DNA of 62,358 bases from Acidimicrobiia bacterium (GCA_050329955.1 JBHJOH010000050.1:1-62358); one strand, 5' to 3'. Shown: positions 34,815 through 44,985, counted from the first letter of the stretch. Translations and numbers: made by a program. Notes: generated from the letters alone by a model not told the origin.

Positions 34815-37295
34815 TCACGCCAATCGCAACCTCGCCGGTGTGCGTTCGGAGGCGAGCAGTTCCATGAGCTGAGGTTCGGGGAGGGGCGTGGCGAGGTGGT
34901 AGCCCTGGCCGAGGTCACAGCCCAGTCGTTCCAGGGCGGAGAGCTGGTCGCTGGTTTCGATGCCCTCGGCGATGGTGGTGAATCCCATGGTGTTGCTGAT
35001 GCCGAGCATCAACTCGACCAGCCGGTGCACGCGGGGGTCGCCGACCCGTTCGACGAACGATCGGGCGAGTTTGATGGTGTCAACGGGGAGTCGGTCGAGG
35101 TAGGCGAGGGAGGAGTAGCCGGTCCCGAAGTCGTCGATCGCCACCCGGACGCCGTGACGGCGGAGCTCGTCGAGCACTTCGGTCCCGCCGGACATGATGG
35201 CGCCTTCGGTGATCTCGATCTGGAGCAGTGCCGGGTCGAGGTTGCGGGCTGCCAGCACGTCGAGCACCGTTCGCACCAGGCCGGTTCGGGACAGCTCGGT
35301 CGCCGACAGGTTGATCGACATGGTGGGTGTTGCCTGGGGGAACGACCGGTGCAACCGCTGGAGGGTGTCGGCGGCGTTGCGGAGCACCCAGTCGCCGATC
35401 TCGGCGATCACCTGGCGGCGTTCGGCCAGTGGCACGAAGTCGTCTGGACCGATCAGTCCCCTAACCGGGTGCCGCCACCGGACCAGTGCCTCGACCCCGA
35501 CGATGCGCCCGCTGGAGAGTTCGAGGATGGGCTGGTGGTGCAGCTCGAGCTGGCCGTCCCTGATGGCGGCGCGTAGCTCGGTGACCGCCCCCAGCTCGCG
35601 ACTGTGGGTGGAACGCAGTCCGGGGCTGTGCACCCGGTAGGTGCCCTTGCCCTCGCCCTTGGCGACATACATGGCCTCGTCGGCTTCCTTGAGTACGTCG
35701 TCGGGCTGGGATCCCGGCTCGATCATCGCCACTCCGATGCTGGCGTGGGTTTCGATCGGCACCCCGTCGAGGTCGAAGGGGCGGGCGAGGGTGGCGATGA
35801 TCCGTTTGGCGACCGCCACGGCGTCGTCGGGCGAAGTCATGTCCACCAGCAGCAGTGCGAACTCGTCTCCTCCCAATCGGGCCACCGTGTCGCCGGGACG
35901 ACAGCACGACTCCAGCCGGCGGGCCACATGGATGAGGAGACGGTCGCCGGTTTCGTGTCCGTGCCCGTCGTTGACCGTTTTGAAGTCGTCGAGGTCGAGG
36001 AAGAGCACCGACGCCGGTGCGGCGGGGGAGGAGGTGACGGCCACCAGGCGTTCGAGCAGCAGACTGCGATTGGCCAGTCCGGTGAGGGCGTCGTGGAGGG
36101 CCTGATGGCGCAGCTGGTCCTTCAGCTCGGTGAGTTTGGCCAGTGACTCTTCGAGCCGGCCGTTCTCGAGCGACACCCCGACGTGGCCGGCGAGCGTGGC
36201 CAGCAGCTGCAGGTCGCGTTCGCCGAAGCTGCCGATGTCGCTGAGAGGGCTCATCACCTCCAACGTGCCGCTTCCCGGCGAGGCGATCGGGACGATCATG
36301 CCGACCACCCTGCCCCCGGTGCGAACCAGATGGCCTTGACCGTCGCTCGCGACCGCCCGGATCTCGTCGTCGGCGGCGGGGGACGGCACCATCACCTCGG
36401 TCTCGCGATCCACCTGCGAGATGGTGAGGAGGCCGGGTGCGTCCACCCCGTCCGGATGGAGCACGATGCGGGCCGATTCGGCGTCGAACATGGTCCTCGC
36501 CCGATCCACCGCCGCGGCCAGCGCATCCTCGATCCTGGGCAGTCGGTGGAGCTCCCCGCTCACCTCGTACAGCGACTGGAGGCGTTCCCGCTCGAGCCTC
36601 TGGGCGAGATAGGCCCGATAGGCGAAGAACAACACCGCCGACGGCACCGCCGCGATCCAGGCGGCCTGTGGGCGTGCCCACAGCACGGTGGCGGCGACCA
36701 GTCCGAGGGCGGCGTTCATGAACCCGGCACCGACCGTGAGGGCGTACATGGTGCGCCGCTCGGCCTCGGTCAGCGAGCCCCCGGACATGCGGATTGCCGC
36801 CGATATGAGAACGTTCGAGGTGACGAGGGTGGCGGCGATACCGGCCGACACCGCCAGCCAGCCCCTCGGCCCCAGCGGGTCCGACGAGCCCACGATCATC
36901 CAGAAGACCCCGATCATCACCGAGGTCTGCAGGCTGAGCTGGGCCAGGTTGAAGACGAGCTTGACCGGGCGTTGCCGCCGGGTCAGCCCGAGCGCGATGG
37001 CGCTGCCGACCAGTTGGGCGGCGAGGATGAGGGGAGGTGGCAGGAAGAAGATGGCCAACACCAGCGGCATCTCGCTCATCGAGAACGAGTGGGCGTCCCG
37101 ACGGAACTTGATGTGGACGACGGTGATTTCGGCCAGATAGAAGAGGCCGGCGAAGAGAAGCCAGTGGAGCTGGACCGGCGGCTGGGGCGCCCCGATTTCC
37201 CACACCGCCAGAGCGCTGAACACCGCGCCCGGGATGACGAGCGCGGTGAGCACCCAGACTCTGTTGAAGCCGGAGATGCGGTGGGGGCGGGCCAA
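34815..37295 (-). CDS. Membrane-bound GAF-GGDEF-EAL protein (c-di-GMP cyclase/phosphodiesterase)
   Basis: Multi-TM N-terminus, RLGGDEFALLL (GGDEF), QPILEL...VEALVRW and DDFGTGYSSL (EAL). TTG start 2 nt after the S8 peptidase stop. Confidence 0.88.
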   Translation of the reverse strand: MARPHRISGFNRVWVLTALVIPGAVFSALAVWEIGAPQPPVQLHWLLFAGLFYLAEITVVHIKFRRDAHSFSMSEMPLVLAIFFLPPPLILAAQLVGSAIALGLTRRQRPVKLVFNLAQLSLQTSVMIGVFWMIVGSSDPLGPRGWLAVSAGIAATLVTSNVLISAAIRMSGGSLTEAERRTMYALTVGAGFMNAALGLVAATVLWARPQAAWIAAVPSAVLFFAYRAYLAQRLERERLQSLYEVSGELHRLPRIEDALAAAVDRARTMFDAESARIVLHPDGVDAPGLLTISQVDRETEVMVPSPAADDEIRAVASDGQGHLVRTGGRVVGMIVPIASPGSGTLEVMSPLSDIGSFGERDLQLLATLAGHVGVSLENGRLEESLAKLTELKDQLRHQALHDALTGLANRSLLLERLVAVTSSPAAPASVLFLDLDDFKTVNDGHGHETGDRLLIHVARRLESCCRPGDTVARLGGDEFALLLVDMTSPDDAVAVAKRIIATLARPFDLDGVPIETHASIGVAMIEPGSQPDDVLKEADEAMYVAKGEGKGTYRVHSPGLRSTHSRELGAVTELRAAIRDGQLELHHQPILELSSGRIVGVEALVRWRHPVRGLIGPDDFVPLAERRQVIAEIGDWVLRNAADTLQRLHRSFPQATPTMSINLSATELSRTGLVRTVLDVLAARNLDPALLQIEITEGAIMSGGTEVLDELRRHGVRVAIDDFGTGYSSLAYLDRLPVDTIKLARSFVERVGDPRVHRLVELMLGISNTMGFTTIAEGIETSDQLSALERLGCDLGQGYHLATPLPEPQLMELLASERTPARLRLA

Positions 37296-37297
37296 GG

Positions 37298-38863
37298 TCA
37301 GCTCCAGCCGGCGACCGACCAGGTGCCTCCGCTCCAGGTGCCTCCGCTCCAGGTGCCTCCGCTCCAGGTGCCTCCGGACCAGGTGCCTCCGGACCAGGTG
37401 CCTCCGCTCCAGGTGCCTCCGGACCAGGTGCCTCCGGACACGTCGACCTCGCCGGTCAGGGGCTCGCCATCGCGGTACACGTGGTACGACCCACGGGACG
37501 CCTCGATCGATCCCGACCCGTCGGAACGATCCCAGTCCTGGGTGGCGGCTCGAGGGCGGGCCGCCACCGCCCGGTGCAGGTCGAGCGCCCCGGCGTCGGC
37601 GCAGTGGCCTGGTGCCGATCGGACATCACCGGCGGTGCGCAGCAAGGCGGCCTTCACCTGGTCGGGGGTCATGTCGGGGCGGTTGTCCAGCATGAGAGCC
37701 ACCGCTCCCGCCGCCACCGCAGCCGCCTGTGAGGTACCGGTCCCGCGGAAGAAGCGATCACCGTCGGCTGCGTCGGGGAACTGGTCGTCGATGAACGAGC
37801 CCGCCACCCGCAGGCTCGACACCGACCGACCCGGTGCGAGGATGTCGACCGGCCGCTGGCTGGTCCCGCAGTTCGAAAAGTCCATCACCCGGTCGTCGGA
37901 GAGGCGTGCGGTACCCCTCGGATCGGTGGCGCCCACCGCGATCACGAACGGGTCGTTGGCCGGGTCACGTAGCGGTGAGCGTCGACCATCGTTGCCGGCC
38001 GCCACCACCACCACGATCCCGGCGTGCCAAGCCGACTCGGCGGCATGGGCCAGAGGATCGATCCGGTAGTCCTGGGTGCTGTCGGTCCCGAACGCCAGCG
38101 TCAGCACCCGGATGTCGGCAGGACCATCGTCCTTGTGCTCGATAACCCACTGGATCCCGGCGATCACCTGGGAGACGTCGGCGGTACCGGTGGCATCGGC
38201 AACCTTCACGTTCACGATGTGGGCACCGGGGGCGATCCCGGCGAAATTGGACCGCAGCCAACGGTCGGTGGGACGGGCGGGCATAGCCGGATCGGAGCCG
38301 GCGATGATCCCCGCCAGATGGGTTCCATGGCCGTACATGTCCAGATGGCGCAGGTTGTCGAATTCTCCGTCGAACGACAGGTCAGGCCCGTTCAGGATCT
38401 TGCCGTCGGCATCGAGACCGCCGACCGGAGTCACCCCCGAGTCGATCAGGGCAACGCCCACACCCTCGCCGGTGATGCCACGGCGCCACACCGCATCCAC
38501 ATCCAGCACGCGACCCGTGAGCACCGACATCGGCACCCCCGACGCCGACCCGGCAGCGCTCGCCAGCTCGATCCGGGTATCCGGCGTGATGTGGCGAACC
38601 CCATCGGCCGCTTCCAGCAACTCCACCACATCGGAGCCGATCGTCGCCGAGAAACCGTCGATGATGGGAAGCTCGGTGATGACGCTCCCACCGAGAGCCT
38701 CCACCCGTTGCCGCACCTCGGCCACCCGGTCCGCCTCCGCCTGCACGATGACCTGCACATCGGTCTTCGTCGGTGTCGCACCAACCGGAACCGCAGACAT
38801 CATCAATCCGACGGCGACCCACGCACCCAACACACGCGATCTCGACCTCGTCGCCAGGGACAT
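37298..38863 (-). CDS. Secreted S8 (subtilisin-like) serine peptidase with a C-terminal (GGTWS)8 tail
   Basis: Catalytic triad contexts ALIDSGV, GHGTHLAGII, GTSQAAAVAAG. Signal peptide from MSLATRSRSRVLGAWVAVGLMMSAVPVGA (ATG 38863). The upstream part of ORF 37298..39205 overlaps topA and is rejected. Confidence 0.85.
   Translation of the reverse strand: MSLATRSRSRVLGAWVAVGLMMSAVPVGATPTKTDVQVIVQAEADRVAEVRQRVEALGGSVITELPIIDGFSATIGSDVVELLEAADGVRHITPDTRIELASAAGSASGVPMSVLTGRVLDVDAVWRRGITGEGVGVALIDSGVTPVGGLDADGKILNGPDLSFDGEFDNLRHLDMYGHGTHLAGIIAGSDPAMPARPTDRWLRSNFAGIAPGAHIVNVKVADATGTADVSQVIAGIQWVIEHKDDGPADIRVLTLAFGTDSTQDYRIDPLAHAAESAWHAGIVVVVAAGNDGRRSPLRDPANDPFVIAVGATDPRGTARLSDDRVMDFSNCGTSQRPVDILAPGRSVSSLRVAGSFIDDQFPDAADGDRFFRGTGTSQAAAVAAGAVALMLDNRPDMTPDQVKAALLRTAGDVRSAPGHCADAGALDLHRAVAARPRAATQDWDRSDGSGSIEASRGSYHVYRDGEPLTGEVDVSGGTWSGGTWSGGTWSGGTWSGGTWSGGTWSGGTWSGGTWSVAGWS
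37319..37438. repeat. Eight tandem copies of a 15-bp unit (CCAGGTGCCTCCGCT / ...GGA) encoding GGTWS x8
   Basis: Counted directly. In-frame, since 15 bp equals 5 codons. Confidence 0.95.
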
Positions 38864-38939
38864 CGTCACCCCGTTCCCACTCACCAACACAGCACTTCTA
38901 ACCGCAGCATCGGCGCCCCCGACCAACCAACTTGAGGGT

Positions 38940-39023
38940 GGTTCCCCGCATGGCCCCTGCTCGCCCGAGCCCCTCTGGGGCGAGCGAATACGGCGAGCCG
39001 CCAGGCGAGCCCGCCAGGGCGAG
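38940..39023. repeat. Family-B intergenic repeat between topA and the S8 peptidase
   Basis: Minus-strand reading CCTGGCGGCTCGCCGTATTCGCTCGCCCCAG (38975-39005) matches 4441-4472. GCTCGCC/GGCGAGC words are repeated, and there is a hairpin GCTCGCCC-N11-GGGCGAGC. Confidence 0.7.
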
Positions 39024-41651
39024 CTACTTGCCGAGGCGTTCGCGGCGGTCGGCGAGGAGCTCGGCGGCGCGTTCGACGGAGATGGTCTCGGGCTCGTCGC
39101 CCTTGCGGAGGGAGGCGTTGACGTCGCCGTCGGTGACGTAAGGGCCGAATCGCCCGGAGCGGACGGTGACGGGCTTCTTGGAGACGGGGTCTTCGCCCAG
39201 TTCACGCACGGGTCCGGCGGCCTTGGCCTGGCCGCGGCGGCGGGGTGGCTGGGCGAGGAGAACGAGGGCGTCGGCCTCGGTGACGGTGAAGAGCTGGTCT
39301 TCGGATTCGAGGCTGCGGGAGTCGTCGCCGCGTTTGATGTAGGGGCCGTACTTGCCGTTGAGGGCTTGAATCTCGGCGCCGTTCTCGTCGTGGCCGACGA
39401 CGCGGGGGAGCGAGAGGAGTTTGAGGGCGTCGTCGATGCCGAGCTGGTCGATGACCATGCCCTTGAGGAGGCTGGCTCGGCGGGGCTTCTCCTTGGAGCC
39501 CTCCTCCTGTTCGCCCAGCTGGACGTAGGGACCGAAGCGCCCCACGCGGGCGAGGATGACCAAACCGGTGTCGGGGTCGGTGCCGAGGATCTTGTCGCCT
39601 TTGGACTGGTCGTCGATCAGCTCGGTGGCGCGTTCGACGCTGAGCTCGTCGGGGGGGAGGTCGTCGGGGATGGAGCCCTTGTCTTCGCCCCGTTCCAGGT
39701 ACGGCCCGAACTTGCCGACCCGAACGACGATCTCGCGTCCCTGGTCGTCGGTGCCGATGGGGATGGAGTTGATGGCGCGGGCGTCGATCTCGCCGAGGTT
39801 GCGCTCGATGGTCTGTTTGAGGCCGGCCTCGCCCAGGTAGAAGCGGGTGAGCCAGGGCGTGCGCTCTTCCTCGCCGTAGGCGATGCGGTCGAGGTCGTCT
39901 TCCATCCGGGCGGTGAAGGCGTAGTCGACCAGGTCGGGGAAGTGCTGCTCGAGGAGGGTGACCACCGAGAACGCCACGAACGAGGGAACCAGGGCGCCGC
40001 TCTTCTTCCACACGTAGTGACGGTCGAGGATGACACCGATGATCGAGGCGTAGGTGGAGGGTCGACCGACCCGCAGCTCTTCCAGGCGCTGGACGAGTGA
40101 AGCCTCGGTGTAGCGCCGGGGGGGTTTGGTCTCGTGCCCGGTGGCAACCAACCGTTGGGCGGCCAGGTCGTCACCTTCTGTCAGTGCCGGGAGTCGACGC
40201 TCGGAGTCGTCGGTGTCGTCGTCGGGGTCGTCGGTGGATTCGACGTAGACCTTGAGGAACCCGGGGAAGTGCAGGACCCGACCGGACGTGGCGAAATCGG
40301 CGTCGCGGGCATCGGAGGCGGTGGCGCCAAAGCGCACCGAGACGGACTCCCCGCGCGCATCGGGCATCTGCGATGACAGGGTGCGCTTCCAGATCAGGTC
40401 GTAGAGGCGGGCGGCGTCGGCGGATTCCGACCCGAGCTCTTTCTCGACCTGGGCGGGAGTACGCCAGGTTTCGCCGGCCGGTCTGATCGCCTCATGCGCT
40501 TCCTGGGCGTTCTTGGCCTTGGCGTAGCTGCGGGGTGTGGCGGGGACGTAGTCGTCGCCGTAGAGCTTGCGGATGGCGTCACGGGCGGTGATGACCGCCG
40601 ACTCCGACAGCGAGGTCGAGTCGGTTCGCATGTAGGTGATGTAGCCGTTCTCGTAGAGACGCTGCGCCACCTGCATGGTTCGGGCCGACGAGAACCGGAG
40701 TTTGCGGCCCGCCTCCTGCTGCAACGTCGAGGTGCGGAAGGGACCGTAAGGCTTGCGGGTGTACGGCTTGGTCTCGGTGGATCTGACCGAGAAGGCGGCA
40801 CCGTCGAGGGCGGCCACCAGTCCTTCGGCAGCGGATCGGTCGAGGGCGACGGCGCCGGCGGTTTCCAGCACGCCGAGGGAGGAGTAGTCGCGGCCCGAGG
40901 CGACCCGGGCGCCGTCGACGGCCACCAGAGAACCGGTGAACTGGTCGGCGTCGGCTCCGGTGGTCGAGAAGGTCCCCTCGATGTCCCAGTATCCGGCGGA
41001 GCGGAACGCCATCCGTTCCCGCTCGCGTTCGACCACGATGCGCACCGCCACCGATTGCACCCGGCCGGCGGACAGGCGGGGAGCCACCTTCATCCACAAC
41101 ACCCGGGAGACGTCGTATCCGACCAGCCGATCGAGGATGCGGCGGGTCTCCTGGGCGTCGACCAGGCGGTCGTCGACATCACGGGGATGGGCGAAGGCGT
41201 CCTTGATGGCGGCGTCGGTGATCTCGTGGAACACCATGCGCTTCACCGGCACCTTGGGCTTGAGTACCTCCAGGAGATGCCAGGCGATGGCTTCGCCTTC
41301 GCGGTCCTCGTCCGTCGCCAGGTACAGCTCGTCGGAGTCCGCCAGCAGCTCCTTCAACTTCTTGATCTGGGCCTTGCTGCGGGTGGAGGGGATGTACACC
41401 GGCTGGAAGCCGTGCTCGACGTCGACCGCCAGATACGCCCAGGGTTCTTTCTTGAATTTCTCGGGCAGCTCCTTGGAACTCCCCGGCAGATCCCGGACGT
41501 GACCCATCGACGCCTCGACCTTGATGGTGGGGTCCAGGGCACGCAGGAGCTGGCCGATCGATTTGGCCTTGGTGGGTGATTCGACGATGACGAGAGGTCC
41601 AGGCACGGACCGGCAAGCTACGCCACCTGTGGGAGTGGTGTCAAGGTGCAT
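39024..41651 (-). CDS. topA: DNA topoisomerase I
   Basis: Toprim start LVIVESPTKAKSI and catalytic region GYITYMRTDS. Long repeat-containing C-terminal domain of actinobacterial type. Start could be the GTG at 41606. Confidence 0.92.
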   Translation of the reverse strand: MHLDTTPTGGVACRSVPGPLVIVESPTKAKSIGQLLRALDPTIKVEASMGHVRDLPGSSKELPEKFKKEPWAYLAVDVEHGFQPVYIPSTRSKAQIKKLKELLADSDELYLATDEDREGEAIAWHLLEVLKPKVPVKRMVFHEITDAAIKDAFAHPRDVDDRLVDAQETRRILDRLVGYDVSRVLWMKVAPRLSAGRVQSVAVRIVVERERERMAFRSAGYWDIEGTFSTTGADADQFTGSLVAVDGARVASGRDYSSLGVLETAGAVALDRSAAEGLVAALDGAAFSVRSTETKPYTRKPYGPFRTSTLQQEAGRKLRFSSARTMQVAQRLYENGYITYMRTDSTSLSESAVITARDAIRKLYGDDYVPATPRSYAKAKNAQEAHEAIRPAGETWRTPAQVEKELGSESADAARLYDLIWKRTLSSQMPDARGESVSVRFGATASDARDADFATSGRVLHFPGFLKVYVESTDDPDDDTDDSERRLPALTEGDDLAAQRLVATGHETKPPRRYTEASLVQRLEELRVGRPSTYASIIGVILDRHYVWKKSGALVPSFVAFSVVTLLEQHFPDLVDYAFTARMEDDLDRIAYGEEERTPWLTRFYLGEAGLKQTIERNLGEIDARAINSIPIGTDDQGREIVVRVGKFGPYLERGEDKGSIPDDLPPDELSVERATELIDDQSKGDKILGTDPDTGLVILARVGRFGPYVQLGEQEEGSKEKPRRASLLKGMVIDQLGIDDALKLLSLPRVVGHDENGAEIQALNGKYGPYIKRGDDSRSLESEDQLFTVTEADALVLLAQPPRRRGQAKAAGPVRELGEDPVSKKPVTVRSGRFGPYVTDGDVNASLRKGDEPETISVERAAELLADRRERLGK

Positions 41652-41755
41652 CCTCTTCAGGGCGGCCCGATCCGGCCACTCGGAGACCGGTCCAGCGCTC
41701 CGCCGGGCTACCGCCGAGGGCCCGATATCTCGTCAATCGGGAGTAGATTTGCGAG

Positions 41756-43150
41756 GTGGACCTGTCGATCGAACGCATCACCGGTCGTGACCTGGTCCGG
41801 AGGGGGCCCTTCGCCCGGCTCTGGTGGTCACAACTCATCTCGAGCCTGGGGGATTGGGCGACGTTGTTCGCAACGTTCGCACTGGCGGCGCGCATCTCGG
41901 GTGGTGGGGCGGCCGCCACCGTGGGCATCCTGGTGGCACTGGTCGCCCGCATCCTCCCCGGCCTGCTGATCGGTGTGCTGGCGGGCGTCCTGGCCGACCG
42001 GTGGGACCGCAAGAGGACGATGATCATCGCCGACTTCGGACGGGCCATCCTCGTGTTCCTGCTGGTGTTCGTGGACACCTATCGCGATCTCTTCATCCTC
42101 ACGTTCTTCATCGAGACGCTGTCGCTGATCCGTCAGCCGGCTCGTGAGTCGGTCATGCCGCAGTTGATCCCGGAACGGCACCTGATGGCGGCCAACGGGC
42201 TCAACCTGATCGCCAGTTACGGCACTGCACCACTCGGCTCGGCGCTGTTCGCGCTGCTGGCGGCATACGGCGAGCGGTACCTCCCAGATGCCGTCGACAA
42301 CCCGGGGGTGGCGGCGGCGTTCGTGTTCGATGCCATCACGTTCGTCGTGTCGGGATTCGTGGTCCTCACGACGCGGATACCCAAACTCGAGATCGCCCGG
42401 GAGCGGGTCGCCCGCGGGTGGATGGACGTGAGGGCTCCCATGCGGGACATGTTCGACGGATTCCGGTTCGTCGGTTCGTACCCGACCGTGCGCCGGCTGG
42501 TGTCCGGAATGGCGGCCGGTCTGTTCGGCGGTGGCGCCCTCTTCGTGCTCGGCCAGCCGTTTTCCGAGCAGGTGTTGCAGGGCTCGGACTCGGGCTATGG
42601 GATCGTGGTGACCGCACTCGGAATCGGTGCCGGCCTGGGAATGGGTGCCATGACGTTCTTGGGCAAGACGATCCAACGGCGCGAGCCGGTGTTCGCGGTG
42701 TCGCTCCTGATGACCGGACTGGCGATCGTGGCCACCGGACTTGCCTCCACCGTGTGGGGGGCAGCCGGATGGGTGCTGGTGGCGGGTTTCGGCACCGGGG
42801 TCGCCTATGTCACCGGGTTCACGGAGCTTCACTCCGTGGTCACCGACGACATCAGGGGTCGGACCTTCGCTGCCTTGTTCGCCTCGGCCCGTCTGGCGCT
42901 GCTGATCGCGTTCGGGTTGGCCTCGGTGGGCGCCGCCGCCCTCCAGGGTGTGTTGCCGGGATTCCTGGGCAGCGGTGTCCGTCTGGTGATCGTGTTGAGC
43001 GGTGCCTTCATCTTCGCCTCGGGCGGAGCAACGATGTGGTCGGTACGGTCCCAGCTTCGGGGCGGGCCCATCGACGAAGAGACCTACCGCACCCTTCACG
43101 ACGCCGGCAGCGCCATCGGGTGGTTCCGTGGAGATCGGCGCCCCAAGTGA
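41756..43150 (+). CDS. MFS transporter
   Basis: About 12 predicted hydrophobic segments and the typical LADRWDRKR loop 2-3 motif. Confidence 0.8.
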   Translation: MDLSIERITGRDLVRRGPFARLWWSQLISSLGDWATLFATFALAARISGGGAAATVGILVALVARILPGLLIGVLAGVLADRWDRKRTMIIADFGRAILVFLLVFVDTYRDLFILTFFIETLSLIRQPARESVMPQLIPERHLMAANGLNLIASYGTAPLGSALFALLAAYGERYLPDAVDNPGVAAAFVFDAITFVVSGFVVLTTRIPKLEIARERVARGWMDVRAPMRDMFDGFRFVGSYPTVRRLVSGMAAGLFGGGALFVLGQPFSEQVLQGSDSGYGIVVTALGIGAGLGMGAMTFLGKTIQRREPVFAVSLLMTGLAIVATGLASTVWGAAGWVLVAGFGTGVAYVTGFTELHSVVTDDIRGRTFAALFASARLALLIAFGLASVGAAALQGVLPGFLGSGVRLVIVLSGAFIFASGGATMWSVRSQLRGGPIDEETYRTLHDAGSAIGWFRGDRRPK

Positions 43151-43748
43151 GCGTCTACGTCGGTCTCGAAGGGGTGGACGGGTCGGGCAAGACGAGTGTT
43201 GCAGCCGCCATGGCGACCACATTGTCCGCCCAGGATTTCGAGGTGGTGCTCGTGAGGGAACCGGGCGGCACCGGGCTGGGTGAGGAGATTCGCCGCCTGC
43301 TGCTGCACTCCGACGACATGGTGCCGTGGGCCGAGGCCGCCCTGTTCGCCGCCCAGCGGGCACAGCTCGCAGCCGAGGTGATCGCACCGGCCCTGGCGCG
43401 GGGGGCATGGGTGATCTCGGACCGCACCTATTACTCGTCGCTCGCCTACCAGGGGGCGGCTCGGGGCCTGGGTATCGAACCGGTGCGATCCCTCAACGAG
43501 ACGGTGCTGGGGGGTGTCCTCCCCGATCTGGTGGCCGTCATCGACGTGGACGCCGAGGTCGGTCTGCGACGACAGCACGGCGAGGACCGCATCGGTGGGG
43601 CCGGTCTGGCGTTCCAACAGGCGGTGTCCGATGCCTACCACCGGCTCGCTACTGCCGACCCGGAGCGGGTGGTGCTGGTCGATCCATCCGGAGGCATCGA
43701 GGACGTGGCGGCCCGGGTGCTCGCTCTTGCTGCCAGCATGACATCGCA

Positions 43749-43752
<4 letters not shown>
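43147..43752 (+). CDS. tmk: Thymidylate kinase
   Basis: P-loop EGVDGSGKTS, REPGGT, DRTYYSSLAYQG. GTGA overlap with the MFS gene stop. Confidence 0.88.
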
Positions 43753-44786
<1,034 letters not shown>

Positions 44787-44975
44787 AGCTGCCAGCTGCC
44801 AGCTTCAGGACGTCCGACGCAACACGCAACAGAGCACGCGTTCTGGCTGGTAGCGGGAGCGAGTTACGAGTTACGAGCTACGAGCTACGAGCTACGAGCT
44901 TCAGGACGTCCGACGCAACACGCAACACGGAGGAGAGAGAGCGTTCTAGCTGGCAGCTGGCAGCTGGCAGCTTCC
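44787..44975. repeat. Composite family-A structured repeat: duplicated 31-nt core plus complementary heptamer microsatellites
   Basis: AGCTTCAGGACGTCCGACGCAACACGCAACA occurs at 44801-44831 and again at 44897-44927. (GCTGCCA)2 at 44788-44803 is complementary to (GCTGGCA)3 at 44949-44971. (GYTACGA)5 at ~44865-44900. Confidence 0.8.
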
Positions 44976-44985
44976 AGCTGTCTCG

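Noticed and set aside
38864-39205. N-terminal extension of the S8 peptidase ORF up to 39205.
   Set aside because: The extension overlaps the topA C-terminus and the family-B repeat, and it is Ser/Pro-rich. A normal signal peptide begins at ATG 38863.
39202-40174. Alternative-frame ORFs inside topA (39202..40011 and 39617..40174, both minus strand).
   Set aside because: They are out of frame with a confidently identified topoisomerase I, and their products are Arg/Pro-rich.
44787-44975. Could the heptamer and 31-mer repeats be a CRISPR array?
   Set aside because: The units are 7 nt, or a 31-mer present only twice. There are no regularly sized unique spacers and no cas genes. The arrays are mutually complementary (hairpin arms), not direct repeats with spacers.
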